The notes under the pieces were generated by a model, which worked only from the letters and a program-made list of their open reading frames with translations, ran no database searches and had not been told where the DNA came from. Position numbers and translations under genes: made by a program. Of a stretch of 64,000 nt of DNA, positions 10,538 to 19,909 are shown piece after piece (within the stretch, counting starts at the first letter, position 1; every line of letters starts with the position of its first letter). Source of the stretch: a virus. Location: positions 1 to 64,000 of IMG/VR virus record IMGVR_UViG_3300032242_000550. The stretch is one strand, 5' to 3'.

Positions 10538-10897
10538 TTAAACATCTAACGGTTCGTCATCACCAAGTGCGTCAATTGCTACAACATTGATACCAGCATT
10601 ACGCTTGATATGATCTAATTCATCATATGAATGTGACATTTCTTCTTCTTGTTCGGCTTCATCATATACATTCTCTACGCCAGTAGCTTTCTTTAGTAAT
10701 TCCAACTTTAACTGTAATGGTGGAATAAAGATATCATCAGGCTGTTGTGCTAAACCACTACCATCACCGGCTGGCTCAAGAGTAGTAACTGGTTCTTCTG
10801 GTTGTATTTCTGGGGCTAGTGCACCGGGCTCACTTATAGAATGCTGTTGTGCATCTATCATATCAGCTAAATTTCGTAGAATTTCACTTGGTTTCAT
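10538..10897 (-). CDS. Acidic hypothetical protein, probably virion/head associated
   Basis: 119 aa; AAGGAAA Shine-Dalgarno; late box at 10955-10962; DELDHIKRNAGI motif. Confidence 0.6.
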   Translation of the reverse strand: MKPSEILRNLADMIDAQQHSISEPGALAPEIQPEEPVTTLEPAGDGSGLAQQPDDIFIPPLQLKLELLKKATGVENVYDEAEQEEEMSHSYDELDHIKRNAGINVVAIDALGDDEPLDV

Positions 10898-10967
10898 GTT
10901 TATTTCCTTTAAGTAACTTTATGGATAGCCATAAAAATACTCTCATATAGAGAGTATTTATCTTAGT

Positions 10968-11663
10968 TTACTTAATATCTAAAGGTCTTTGTTTAGTAGC
11001 AAGTACACAATAGTATTGTTCTTTCATTTCCAATGGATTTTCAGGATCATTTGGATTAGGAGCATTTAAATCAAACTCAAAATTGTCAAATCTATTGATA
11101 CTAAACCCAGTACGTTCTAATAATGCAGCCAACTGTTGTTCACCTAAAATACTATAATGATTCAAGTTATATTCATGTCGTCGTGGACAATCAGGGGCGG
11201 GAACTTCAATGTAAATTTTGCCACCTTGTTTTAATACACGATTGTATTCCATCAAACTAAAGATAGGATATGGACTATGCTCTAATGCATGACGTAAAAA
11301 GATAAAGTCTACACTTTCATCATAGTAACCGTCTTTTTGTGGTAAAAAGCTTAAATCATATGTTTTAATTGTATGACCTTTACTTTCACATGTTTGAATA
11401 TCGCTGGGGCTTAGTGTTATACCGGTAAGATCGGTGTACCCACGTTCTTTCATATCATCTAGGAAATAGCCTGCACCGCATCCTAAATCAAGTATTTTAT
11501 AATCTTTTGGGAGATTTAGTGGGTCAATGTATTCACTGACTATTTTAGATGTTAAACCTTTATGAAAACCACTTTCACCTTCTGCATATATATGAGCGGT
11601 ATAAAGCCATTCGTTGTAGAATTTTAGCTTGATTAAATCAAGCGTGTTATTAATATCAATCAT
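10968..11663 (-). CDS. Class I SAM-dependent methyltransferase
   Basis: Motif I ILDLGCGAGY, VDFIFLRHALEH, RVLKQGGKIYIEVP. Confidence 0.9.
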   Translation of the reverse strand: MIDINNTLDLIKLKFYNEWLYTAHIYAEGESGFHKGLTSKIVSEYIDPLNLPKDYKILDLGCGAGYFLDDMKERGYTDLTGITLSPSDIQTCESKGHTIKTYDLSFLPQKDGYYDESVDFIFLRHALEHSPYPIFSLMEYNRVLKQGGKIYIEVPAPDCPRRHEYNLNHYSILGEQQLAALLERTGFSINRFDNFEFDLNAPNPNDPENPLEMKEQYYCVLATKQRPLDIK

Positions 11664-11715
11664 TGAGAATCCTGTAATTTGATATAATTACTTATTCTCA
11701 ATTCAATTGATTAAA

Positions 11716-12090
11716 TTATTTTCTTTTATAGCCCTTAAATGGCTTAACTGTACTGGTTTTGTTAGTATCAGTAGGTTCTTGACTTTTACTATAAGGAATA
11801 ACTACTTTTGTATCTGACGGTATAGTTTTTGAGGCTGCAACAAACATATTATGTTCTTCTTCTGAGTAAGGATGAATAGTGTTATATTTTTCAGCAAAAC
11901 TAGCATTATCCATTTCTACTGCATCTAAACTTTTACCATCAGCCATTGCCATAGCCATCATTAAACGATTCATATGATATATACGGTCATAACCACCTAC
12001 ATCACGAATCTTTGTAATACCCGGGGATGCATCACCGTGATGTTTGTGAATATTACCTTCACCTTCAGTTAAAAATTCATATGCTCTCAT
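11716..12090 (-). CDS. Putative head-internal protein, paralog of 12087-12482
   Basis: N-terminus MRAYEFLTEG; C-terminus SPVK-like STVKPFKGYKRK shared with the neighbour. Confidence 0.6.
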   Translation of the reverse strand: MRAYEFLTEGEGNIHKHHGDASPGITKIRDVGGYDRIYHMNRLMMAMAMADGKSLDAVEMDNASFAEKYNTIHPYSEEEHNMFVAASKTIPSDTKVVIPYSKSQEPTDTNKTSTVKPFKGYKRK

Positions 12091-12482
12091 TTTCTTTTAT
12101 ATCCCTTGAACCCTTTGACTGGGCTAATTTTATCTACATCAGGTGCTTCTTCACTAGCCATAGTGCCGATCTGTATTGCATCACTTGGTGGCATACCCAT
12201 AGAACGTAACGCATCATGTATATAATCACCTACATGCGGATCATAACTTACTACAATTTCATTTTCACCAAATACTGACTCTTTACCGTCAAAATCAGGA
12301 ACACCGTCTTTAGCACGTTGACTAGCACCCTTAGCTCCGGCAATCGCTACACCAAAGCGATATTGTAAATATGGATCTTGATTCTTAAGCGCAGGAATCT
12401 TAAATGCTCCGGGCAATGCTAAACCCACATCATGTGTGATTGTACCGGTGCGACCTTCAGTTATAAATTCACTTGCTCTCAT
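12087..12482 (-). CDS. Putative head-internal protein, paralog of 11716-12090
   Basis: N-terminus MRASEFITEG; C-terminus SPVKGFKGYKRK. Confidence 0.6.
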   Translation of the reverse strand: MRASEFITEGRTGTITHDVGLALPGAFKIPALKNQDPYLQYRFGVAIAGAKGASQRAKDGVPDFDGKESVFGENEIVVSYDPHVGDYIHDALRSMGMPPSDAIQIGTMASEEAPDVDKISPVKGFKGYKRK

Positions 12483-13339
12483 TCGGATTGTTCCGTAGTT
12501 AAAATAATACCATTTTCAGTACCTAATAAATATCCTGGCGGATAGTTATTCAATGACAATTCAATTCCTGCAGGAACAATTGTGTTTTTATATGTTACTA
12601 ATGCTGAAATAAAATGTTCTATTACTTCATTCTGTAATGGATTAATTAATACTCTAACATTACCACCAATTACATCCATATCATATCTACATACAACATT
12701 GCCTTCAAATAATGTACTATGCCCTGTAAATCTTACACCAGCTAAATTGTTGGTAATACTTGCATTAAGTGTAATATCCTGCATGTCAGGGCCAGGTGCA
12801 CTAGAACGAATCTGGAACTGTGCTTGATAAAATTGCTGTACCGGTACTTCAAATATAACTTGGTTTGTTGTTGTACCTATCGTATATTCTGTTAATGTAA
12901 CATTGGTTGTAAGAAATAAATTACTGAAATTATTATTAATCTTACCAAACGCAACACGCAATGGATCTCCATTACCATCATTTGCAGTAGCACCAATATT
13001 AATATATTCTTGATACCCGTATGGACCAGTTGTCAACTCTAACGGTGGAGGAATACTTAATGTCTTTTTAGGTACTATAGAAAGACCAGTTGAACTATCA
13101 AAAGTATTATTAATGTAAATATTACTAATATTGATAGTATTTGTATTACCAGATGAATTTGTTATATATGGATCTGCGTTAGGACCAAATGGATCTACTA
13201 ATTCTACAATCTGGTTATTGGCTCCGGTTAATGTGAATAAATTAGCAAAATTGTTATTAATCTTGTCAAAGGCTAAACGTAACGGATCGCCGGATCCATC
13301 GTTCGGTAATTCGCCTGTATCAATAATCTCTTGCGCCAT
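12479..13339 (-). CDS. Virion protein with two T4 gp9/gp10-like N-terminal motifs
   Basis: IIDTGELPNDGSGDPLRLAFDKINNNFANLF and YINIGATANDGNGDPLRVAFGKINNNFSNLF; late box at 13361-13368. Confidence 0.7.
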   Translation of the reverse strand: MAQEIIDTGELPNDGSGDPLRLAFDKINNNFANLFTLTGANNQIVELVDPFGPNADPYITNSSGNTNTINISNIYINNTFDSSTGLSIVPKKTLSIPPPLELTTGPYGYQEYINIGATANDGNGDPLRVAFGKINNNFSNLFLTTNVTLTEYTIGTTTNQVIFEVPVQQFYQAQFQIRSSAPGPDMQDITLNASITNNLAGVRFTGHSTLFEGNVVCRYDMDVIGGNVRVLINPLQNEVIEHFISALVTYKNTIVPAGIELSLNNYPPGYLLGTENGIILTTEQSE

Positions 13340-13366
13340 AATTCATCCTAACCTATATAGTATTTA

Positions 13367-13627
13367 TCAAAAGCCAAACCAATTCTTCTTTGGCGGCTCT
13401 ATAACTATAGGGGTCTTGCTACGCTGTATCTCTTGTAATGCACGTATCGCTTCCATCTTAACTTGATTGTCTGCACTCTTTGTCATATCAATCAATACAC
13501 TTATACGTGCGGCTTCACTCATAGTAGCATCACGACTTATGGCTTTTTGCGCTTCTAAATATAATTCAAAATCTTTATTGGTCGCACATCCAACTAATAA
13601 TATACACAATAACACTAGATACTTCAT
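13367..13627 (-). CDS. Small lipoprotein
   Basis: Lipobox LLVG-C after a hydrophobic signal; 86 aa. Confidence 0.7.
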   Translation of the reverse strand: MKYLVLLCILLVGCATNKDFELYLEAQKAISRDATMSEAARISVLIDMTKSADNQVKMEAIRALQEIQRSKTPIVIEPPKKNWFGF

Positions 13628-13636
13628 AATATGCTA

Positions 13637-13897
13637 TTATTTTACGCTTTCAAATATCTTTTTCTGTTCGTTATACCACTCTTGCCATCCATCAACTTTA
13701 GTTGAGCATTCATAGTATAATGTATAGTTCTGTACGATAACCTTAAGCATTTCAGTTATAGCTACTTTATCACCCTCAACTTTCTTTAAGTTTTCACAAC
13801 TTTTCATTAGCTCAGGGGTAGCATTGGGAAACTTTACTGTTACAGGTACGGTAGTACTACAGCTTGCTAATAATAGTAGAACTAGGAGATATCTCAT
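13637..13897 (-). CDS. o-spanin (Rz1-like) lipoprotein
   Basis: Lipobox LLAS-C, FPNATPELMKSC motif, overlaps the stop of the i-spanin candidate. Confidence 0.7.
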   Translation of the reverse strand: MRYLLVLLLLASCSTTVPVTVKFPNATPELMKSCENLKKVEGDKVAITEMLKVIVQNYTLYYECSTKVDGWQEWYNEQKKIFESVK

Positions 13898-14346
13898 TTT
13901 TTATCTCCCTTTTCCGCAGCCTTATTAAGTGTATCAATTACATCTTTAGGTACTGGGCAGTTTTCAATATATTTGATTACTTCTTCTTTTTTGACTATTT
14001 CTTTGTCAATATATTGTATAATATCTTTACCCTTTTCACGGATAACCTTAGTTTTTTCTACAATCTTTTCTTGTATTTCTATATTCTTATTAGCGGATTC
14101 AGCTTGGGCCTGTGCTACTTTAGCTTCCATTTCTTTGACTCTGAGTTCCCACTCTTTATAATCAGCTAGTCCACCCTCAAGATATACAGCAAATACAAGT
14201 ACAACAATGCTACAAATCTGTATAGCAAATTGATATGTTTTGACAAGAGGAATGAATCCTAGGACGAATCCTGCTATTGTGCCCAAAATACCTAATCCAA
14301 AGATTATATGTATTGCGGCGTCGGGTAGTATTGATAGTATCCACAT
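13894..14346 (-). CDS. i-spanin (Rz-like)
   Basis: N-terminal transmembrane segments, coiled coil and C-terminal CPVP; followed by an overlapping lipoprotein gene; exact TATAAATA at 14355-14362. Confidence 0.7.
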   Translation of the reverse strand: MWILSILPDAAIHIIFGLGILGTIAGFVLGFIPLVKTYQFAIQICSIVVLVFAVYLEGGLADYKEWELRVKEMEAKVAQAQAESANKNIEIQEKIVEKTKVIREKGKDIIQYIDKEIVKKEEVIKYIENCPVPKDVIDTLNKAAEKGDKK

Positions 14347-14353
14347 AGTACCC

Positions 14354-15580
14354 TTATTTATACACGATTTGTGCTAATTCAGGATTTACTTCAGCTAAAG
14401 ACAGTTTTTGATATTTATCCACTGTGGTAGTAAAATCTGCAAATTTTTGTAGTATGTATTGATAATCTACCTCTGATGTACATTTATTTTTTAATGCTTG
14501 TAATTGCACATCAAAAAAGTCATTTTGATATTTGCAATGGTTCTTTACCCAATGTTCAATCTTATCCCAGCATTTTATTTTATATTCTGTTGGTAAATTT
14601 ACTACATTTAAATAATTAGGAAATTCTAAATTGTTTAAGTCTATCTCTAACACAGTTTTTCCTGCTACTCTATTAAATTCCTCACAGTAATCAAGCAATT
14701 GTGTTATGTTTCCTATATTAGTAATTTGTACAACTATAGAGACTTTTACAACAATATTAGGATAATTACAAGATAATAGTGTCTGTAGGTTATTACTTAT
14801 TTGCCCCCAATTGCTAGGATATCTTATGTATTCCTGTACAGTTTTATATCCATCAATACTTGCAAGAAATATTACCTTTTTAAACTCTGAAAGCAGTTCA
14901 AAAAACTTATTGTTATTATTAGTCATATTTGAATTAGTGACCAATAATATATCTTTACTATAGCCTAACTCAATCAATTTTTCCAATAGTTCAAAATTCT
15001 TTTTAATTAATGTAGGTTCGCCACCAGTTATATAGAGAATTTTAATATTCTCTAATTGAGAATTAATATTATCTTGAAATGTAGTAGTTTCATACCATTG
15101 GTTGATATCATTATCAACACTTATATAATACTTTTTTAATTCAGAATGTTCACTAACCTGTTTATTAAGTTGGCTACTATTGCGAGGGTTACAGCTTCTA
15201 CATTGCAAATTACACAAATTACCAAATCTTAAATCAATATATTCTATTTTAGTATCTGCTATAGGACTAGTTTTATCAAGCTGATCCCTATACATGTGAT
15301 TATAATTTAATCTTCTGCTTTCTTTACCGTAATTTTCATAATTAACACATTGGATACATCCAGTAACTGGTTCACCCTTAAGCATCTTTTCTCTTATATC
15401 AACGTATTCTGGACTGTTGTAAAAATCTTCTATCTTATCATGTCCTAAATTATATATAGTGCCATCTGGTTTTTTAATAGAGCCTTTATATATACAACAT
15501 GGTTTAATATTACCTTCTGGATCAACTGCTATATGATTCCATGCTAATATACAAAAACTTTTATTATCTATAGAATTCAT
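14354..15580 (-). CDS. Radical SAM protein with N-terminal SPASM/twitch-like Fe-S domain
   Basis: CNLQCRSC (CxxxCxxC) and GGEP; N-terminal CILAW...KPCC...CIQC. Confidence 0.9.
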   Translation of the reverse strand: MNSIDNKSFCILAWNHIAVDPEGNIKPCCIYKGSIKKPDGTIYNLGHDKIEDFYNSPEYVDIREKMLKGEPVTGCIQCVNYENYGKESRRLNYNHMYRDQLDKTSPIADTKIEYIDLRFGNLCNLQCRSCNPRNSSQLNKQVSEHSELKKYYISVDNDINQWYETTTFQDNINSQLENIKILYITGGEPTLIKKNFELLEKLIELGYSKDILLVTNSNMTNNNNKFFELLSEFKKVIFLASIDGYKTVQEYIRYPSNWGQISNNLQTLLSCNYPNIVVKVSIVVQITNIGNITQLLDYCEEFNRVAGKTVLEIDLNNLEFPNYLNVVNLPTEYKIKCWDKIEHWVKNHCKYQNDFFDVQLQALKNKCTSEVDYQYILQKFADFTTTVDKYQKLSLAEVNPELAQIVYK

Positions 15581-16643
15581 GTACTTTGTCCTTTATATAT
15601 TCAGTTTCATTATCAGTTAATTCAGGATACATAGGTAAACTAATTACCCCACGACTTAACATCACACTAGTACTTAGCATATCTGGTTTAACTAAATTTT
15701 TACCAATTGGCAAATCTCCCAAGACATATTCATAATGAATCTTACTGTCAATTCCAGTAGACTGTAAATGTGTATGTAAACTATTTCTGTCGTCTAGATA
15801 CAATACAAACTTTTGATGTGCATGCGGATCACTTGTATCACTTAAACAACTTAATGGTAGTTTTTTAAAACTATCACACCAATACTTTGCTATCTGACTT
15901 CTACGCACTTGCCACTCATCAATATACTTTGCTCTGACTAATATTTGAGCACAATCTTGTTCGCTCATTTTACTATTATTACCAACATCATGGAAGTAGG
16001 GTTTGTTATTATCTCTGTACTTTACTGCGTACAGATATAACTGTTCATTGTTAGTGACAATAGCACCACCGTTGCCCGAGCTTGGTAAATTTTTAGTAGG
16101 ATCAAAACTGATTGACATACCACTACCCACATCACCTTGACACTCTAACCAATGTTGTGCTCCGTCAACTATGACACCAAATGCATTTGGATAACTAGCA
16201 TCAGGCCATGGCTTGCGACCTGCAAAGCCCATCAAACAATCATATGTACCAGGTGATTCATTGAGTTTTGTATCAATATCAAATATACCGTTCTTGTCTG
16301 TATCAACTAAGTTGACATTCCATCCTGCAGTTAAGAATGCGTTAAGTGTTGCTGGATATGTTAAATTAGGAATATGTATAGTAGGATTGAACGGGATACC
16401 TTTACTGAGCCAATCTTTCTTTTTGTATCTTGCGATAATCTCTAATGCTTGTGTACCGCTATGTACAGTAACAGCATACTTTGTTTTAGTACGATGTTTT
16501 AGCCATTCTTCAAACGAGCGGGTATAATGACCACCCACAAGTTGTCCGTCTTTAAGGGCACGGTGTGTTGCATCAAGCAACTCTTCACCAATGTTCTTAT
16601 ACTGTCTTGCTAGACCAAAATGAGGAATTACTAAGCCACTCAT
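15564..16643 (-). CDS. DegT/DnrJ/EryC1 PLP-dependent sugar aminotransferase
   Basis: HSGTQAL, VDGAQ, SFDPTKNL (PLP lysine), GGAIVT, ISLPMYPEL. Confidence 0.92.
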   Translation of the reverse strand: MSGLVIPHFGLARQYKNIGEELLDATHRALKDGQLVGGHYTRSFEEWLKHRTKTKYAVTVHSGTQALEIIARYKKKDWLSKGIPFNPTIHIPNLTYPATLNAFLTAGWNVNLVDTDKNGIFDIDTKLNESPGTYDCLMGFAGRKPWPDASYPNAFGVIVDGAQHWLECQGDVGSGMSISFDPTKNLPSSGNGGAIVTNNEQLYLYAVKYRDNNKPYFHDVGNNSKMSEQDCAQILVRAKYIDEWQVRRSQIAKYWCDSFKKLPLSCLSDTSDPHAHQKFVLYLDDRNSLHTHLQSTGIDSKIHYEYVLGDLPIGKNLVKPDMLSTSVMLSRGVISLPMYPELTDNETEYIKDKVHEFYR

Positions 16644-17586
16644 AATACTTTTGAAAGCCTTCTTCTACATCAACTTTAGGATCATATCCAAAGTCTTTTC
16701 TTGCCGCATCAATGTTCAATGCACCACGACTTGGGAAGTCAGCGTCTTTATCACGTACATTAATTGACCCTTTACCTGCACATTTTACTGCTAGATTAGC
16801 AGCCTCTAGTAACGTTCTGCTATGGCTCTTTGTGATATTATAAGTCTTGTTCTCGGTGTTATTACTCAATGCGGCGGCAACTATACCATCTGCGGCATCT
16901 TCTACATATGTAAAGTCTAATGTTTCATTGGCACCATTAACATTCAATACACCACCACGCATTGCAGTAAGCATAAATTTAGCAATAACACGATCCTCAA
17001 CATCTAATTCACCATATACAGCACTTGGGCGAATGATAGTATGAACAAGATTAGTTCTGCGTGTGTAATCTTTTACCAAATCTTCACCGGCAAGTTTCAA
17101 TATACCATACTGACCTTGTGGTTTACAATCATAATCTTCTTTTACATCATCAGTAAAATCACCATATACCATTGAGCTACTGATATAGATGAATTTACGT
17201 ACCTCATACTTATCACTAGCTTCTAGCAAGTTGAGTAACCCTTCACTCATAACACGACTTCCCCATGCTGGATTTGCATTGACTACCTTTTGTCTTGGGA
17301 AGCTAGCCATATGTATTACAATCTCTGGTTCTTCAATTCTAAAAATTTCATCTACATCTTCTGCATTGCAAATATCTTTAGTATAGATAAAACTTAGTGT
17401 GTTGAGGAACTTATCGTTGATTACCTTCTTCTCACGCTCAGCCATCAAGTAGTCAATTTCATCTTGTGGGATGATGCCATAGTTTGTTTTAGTATCCATA
17501 ATGGATACATGATGACCTAAATCTTGTAATCGTACAACTACATTGTGTCCAATAAGTCCTAATCCGCCTGTTACTAGTATATTCAT
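16597..17586 (-). CDS. NAD-dependent nucleotide-sugar epimerase/dehydratase (extended SDR)
   Basis: ILVTGGLGLIG, ISSSMVYG, YGILK (YxxxK), DFTYVED. Start moved to ATG 17586, which forms an ATGA overlap with the upstream stop. Confidence 0.92.
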   Translation of the reverse strand: MNILVTGGLGLIGHNVVVRLQDLGHHVSIMDTKTNYGIIPQDEIDYLMAEREKKVINDKFLNTLSFIYTKDICNAEDVDEIFRIEEPEIVIHMASFPRQKVVNANPAWGSRVMSEGLLNLLEASDKYEVRKFIYISSSMVYGDFTDDVKEDYDCKPQGQYGILKLAGEDLVKDYTRRTNLVHTIIRPSAVYGELDVEDRVIAKFMLTAMRGGVLNVNGANETLDFTYVEDAADGIVAAALSNNTENKTYNITKSHSRTLLEAANLAVKCAGKGSINVRDKDADFPSRGALNIDAARKDFGYDPKVDVEEGFQKYYEWLSNSSFWSSKTV

Positions 17587-17915
17587 TCGTATTTCAACTT
17601 CCAATATGTTAATTGTTTATGTGTTAGATATGCTCTAATTTGATATGTTTGCCCATATGTAGTATAATCTACATTACGATGCCAACTGGGTGCTGGTACA
17701 GAGTTTTCCATGATCCATTTACCGGCTTCAGTTTGTTGCCACTCATATATAGGTTGTGCTACAAACAAATCAGGATCTTCAACATCACCCATTCTTATAG
17801 TATGAACTACATGAGTAATAGTTACCATTTCTTCCCCAGTATCAGACAGTTGTATCTGATATTTAGGTCTAGTAAATTCGTCTTTAGACGGCCATGTTGG
17901 CTTTAATTGGGCCAT
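17583..17915 (-). CDS. Hypothetical phage protein
   Basis: 110 aa, overlaps thyA end and the SDR start; GDVEDPDL motif; ends YWKLKYE. Confidence 0.65.
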   Translation of the reverse strand: MAQLKPTWPSKDEFTRPKYQIQLSDTGEEMVTITHVVHTIRMGDVEDPDLFVAQPIYEWQQTEAGKWIMENSVPAPSWHRNVDYTTYGQTYQIRAYLTHKQLTYWKLKYE

Positions 17916-18783
17916 GACTTTGATAATCCTCTAAATGTATGTCTTCCATTGTCATATCAAAGATGTTAGTCTTTTCTAGATTTAACATCAATGTGGGCAA
18001 TGGATATGGTTCACGACCTAATTGTTCTTTAACTTGTTCAATATGGTCTTTATAGATATGTGTATCACCTGTACTAATAACTAGTTCACCTACTTTTAGT
18101 CCAGTATGATGTGCCAATAGATGTGTAAGTAGTGCATAGCTAGCAATGTTAAAAGGTAAGCCCAGAAAAACATCAACGCTACGCTGATACATATGGCAAG
18201 ATAATTCACGATTTTTGTTAACATAGTATTGACTCATAACGTGACAAGGGGGCAATGCCATTTCGTCTAACTCGCTCACGTTCCAGGCACTGAGAATGTG
18301 CCTACGCCCATTAGGATCTTCAGTTAATCCTTTAATGAGATTTGCCAATTGGTCAACTTCCGTGCGGTCAACGGCGAGGCGTGTACCACCTTTGTGCGCC
18401 GGACCCATGTCTTTTTCAACACGGTCTTTGTTCCAATGACGCCATTGTACTCCATATACACGTCCGAGATCACCTTCGTATTTTGCTTTTGGTTTCCAAT
18501 ACGGTGCAAGTGCGTTTGGCGTCCAGATAGTAACCTTTCCTTCACTACTACCGTGGGTAAGTTCTGCCAATCTACGCTCATCACTAGATCCCTCAATAAA
18601 CCAAAGTAGTTCACCGACACAAGCACGCCAAGCAAGTTTTTTAGTTGTGACTGCGGGAAAGCCTCTACGCAAATCAAAGCGAATATGACGTCCAAACACA
18701 CTATAGGTACCCACACCAGTTCTGTCATCTTTAAGTTCTCCGTTGTCTAATATATCACGTAATAGTTCTAAATATTGTTTCAT
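17884..18783 (-). CDS. thyA: Thymidylate synthase
   Basis: DDRTGVGT, ELLWF, LGRVYGVQWR, catalytic LPPCH, YQRSVDVFLGLPFNIASY, GDTHIY. Confidence 0.97.
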   Translation of the reverse strand: MKQYLELLRDILDNGELKDDRTGVGTYSVFGRHIRFDLRRGFPAVTTKKLAWRACVGELLWFIEGSSDERRLAELTHGSSEGKVTIWTPNALAPYWKPKAKYEGDLGRVYGVQWRHWNKDRVEKDMGPAHKGGTRLAVDRTEVDQLANLIKGLTEDPNGRRHILSAWNVSELDEMALPPCHVMSQYYVNKNRELSCHMYQRSVDVFLGLPFNIASYALLTHLLAHHTGLKVGELVISTGDTHIYKDHIEQVKEQLGREPYPLPTLMLNLEKTNIFDMTMEDIHLEDYQSHGPIKANMAV

Positions 18784-18800
18784 AATTCATTGTATCATAT

Positions 18801-18834
18801 AAAAAGAAAAGCCCCGACAATTCAGGGCTTTTTG
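18801..18834 (-). terminator. Intrinsic terminator upstream of thyA, probably bidirectional
   Basis: AAAGCCC...GGGCTTT stem flanked by A and T tracts. Confidence 0.7.
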
Positions 18835-18835
18835 A

Positions 18836-19132
18836 TTAAAGTTTGCCTAGTAGTCGGTCAGTTTCGGGTTGAACAGTTTCAGCTATACTTTGTACATTAA
18901 GAACAAATTCTACACTAACTATCAAATCTTCTAGTTCATGTAGTTTTCTACTTACAGCATCCTCTACTTGATCTGGATCTAAACCTTGTTGAAGCAACTT
19001 TTGAATATTAATCGTTTGTTGTTTCTTACCTGTTAGTTTAATAACTAGTTTCTTAATAAACTCTACAGGTATTTTGTTCTTCTCAATATCTTCAAGGATA
19101 TGTTCCCATTTATCAATAAAATCAGGCGACAT
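18836..19132 (-). CDS. Hypothetical phage protein
   Basis: 98 aa ORF overlapping the upstream gene, followed by a terminator. Confidence 0.7.
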   Translation of the reverse strand: MSPDFIDKWEHILEDIEKNKIPVEFIKKLVIKLTGKKQQTINIQKLLQQGLDPDQVEDAVSRKLHELEDLIVSVEFVLNVQSIAETVQPETDRLLGKL

Positions 19133-19835
19133 TAGTTACTTTTTTTGTATATTTTCTTTTTGCTGGTGCAACAGTTTCTGCAATTACTTCAGCCTTTTTA
19201 GCTTTAGTTGCCTTAGCTGGTTTAGGTGCCAATGAAGGATCTAATTGTTGTGCTTCGGTAGTTAACCGTTGTGCTTCTGCTAACAAACCTTTAGCTTCAC
19301 GTTCCATTTTTTGTGCTTGCTCTAAACGTTGTTTAGCTAATGAAGCATCACCTAATAGGTCATTTGATGAACTAGATACTGGTTGATTACCTTGTGGTCC
19401 ACGCATTCTACGTGCAACATCAACTGGATCTTGTAATCCCATACTCTTATCCATCTCAGCCATACGCTTAACTGCCTCTTCACCTAACTTCATTTCATTA
19501 AGCATCTTGTTAAGTTCATTTAACTTGATACGTGTGTTTGGTGCAGGTGTCATTACAATTTGTTCTGTATTGACTTTCTTAAGTTGACCTTCAGCGTGTA
19601 AAACGTGTAATATTGGTCTACCATCTTGTGTATATGTTCTGTTCAATGCATCAGCTAGATTTTCACTACTTTGTCCAATATCGCTTTCAATACAGCGAAT
19701 TAGTGGATCGTGAATATGTTGATTAATTGTTTCGGTATATGTTACCAAGCACATATGAGGCTCGCCTGGTACTTCTCGGAAAATTACAGCTACTTTTCTG
19801 TCCCCGTGTTTCCCTACGTGTCTTGTAAAACTCAT
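19122..19835 (-). CDS. Hypothetical phage protein with basic K/A/P-rich tail
   Basis: 237 aa; AAGGAG Shine-Dalgarno; C-terminal PAKATKAKK...PAKRKYTKK. Confidence 0.75.
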   Translation of the reverse strand: MSFTRHVGKHGDRKVAVIFREVPGEPHMCLVTYTETINQHIHDPLIRCIESDIGQSSENLADALNRTYTQDGRPILHVLHAEGQLKKVNTEQIVMTPAPNTRIKLNELNKMLNEMKLGEEAVKRMAEMDKSMGLQDPVDVARRMRGPQGNQPVSSSSNDLLGDASLAKQRLEQAQKMEREAKGLLAEAQRLTTEAQQLDPSLAPKPAKATKAKKAEVIAETVAPAKRKYTKKVTNVA

Positions 19836-19909
19836 ATTATGTTCTCCTTGTAATATGCTAAAACTATTTAATAAGAAATATATTGACTACAATATTTCTA
19901 TATGCCCAT

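Noticed and set aside
10909-10932. Seven-codon upstream ORF MAIHKVT ending at the RBS of the 119-aa gene
   Set aside because: Too short to support from sequence alone; could be chance, though it follows the hairpin at 10935-10959.
17884-18783. ThyA homolog as a dCMP hydroxymethylase for DNA hypermodification
   Set aside because: It keeps the dUMP-specifying Asn (GLPFNIASY) and canonical ThyA motifs; dCMP hydroxymethylases have Asp there.
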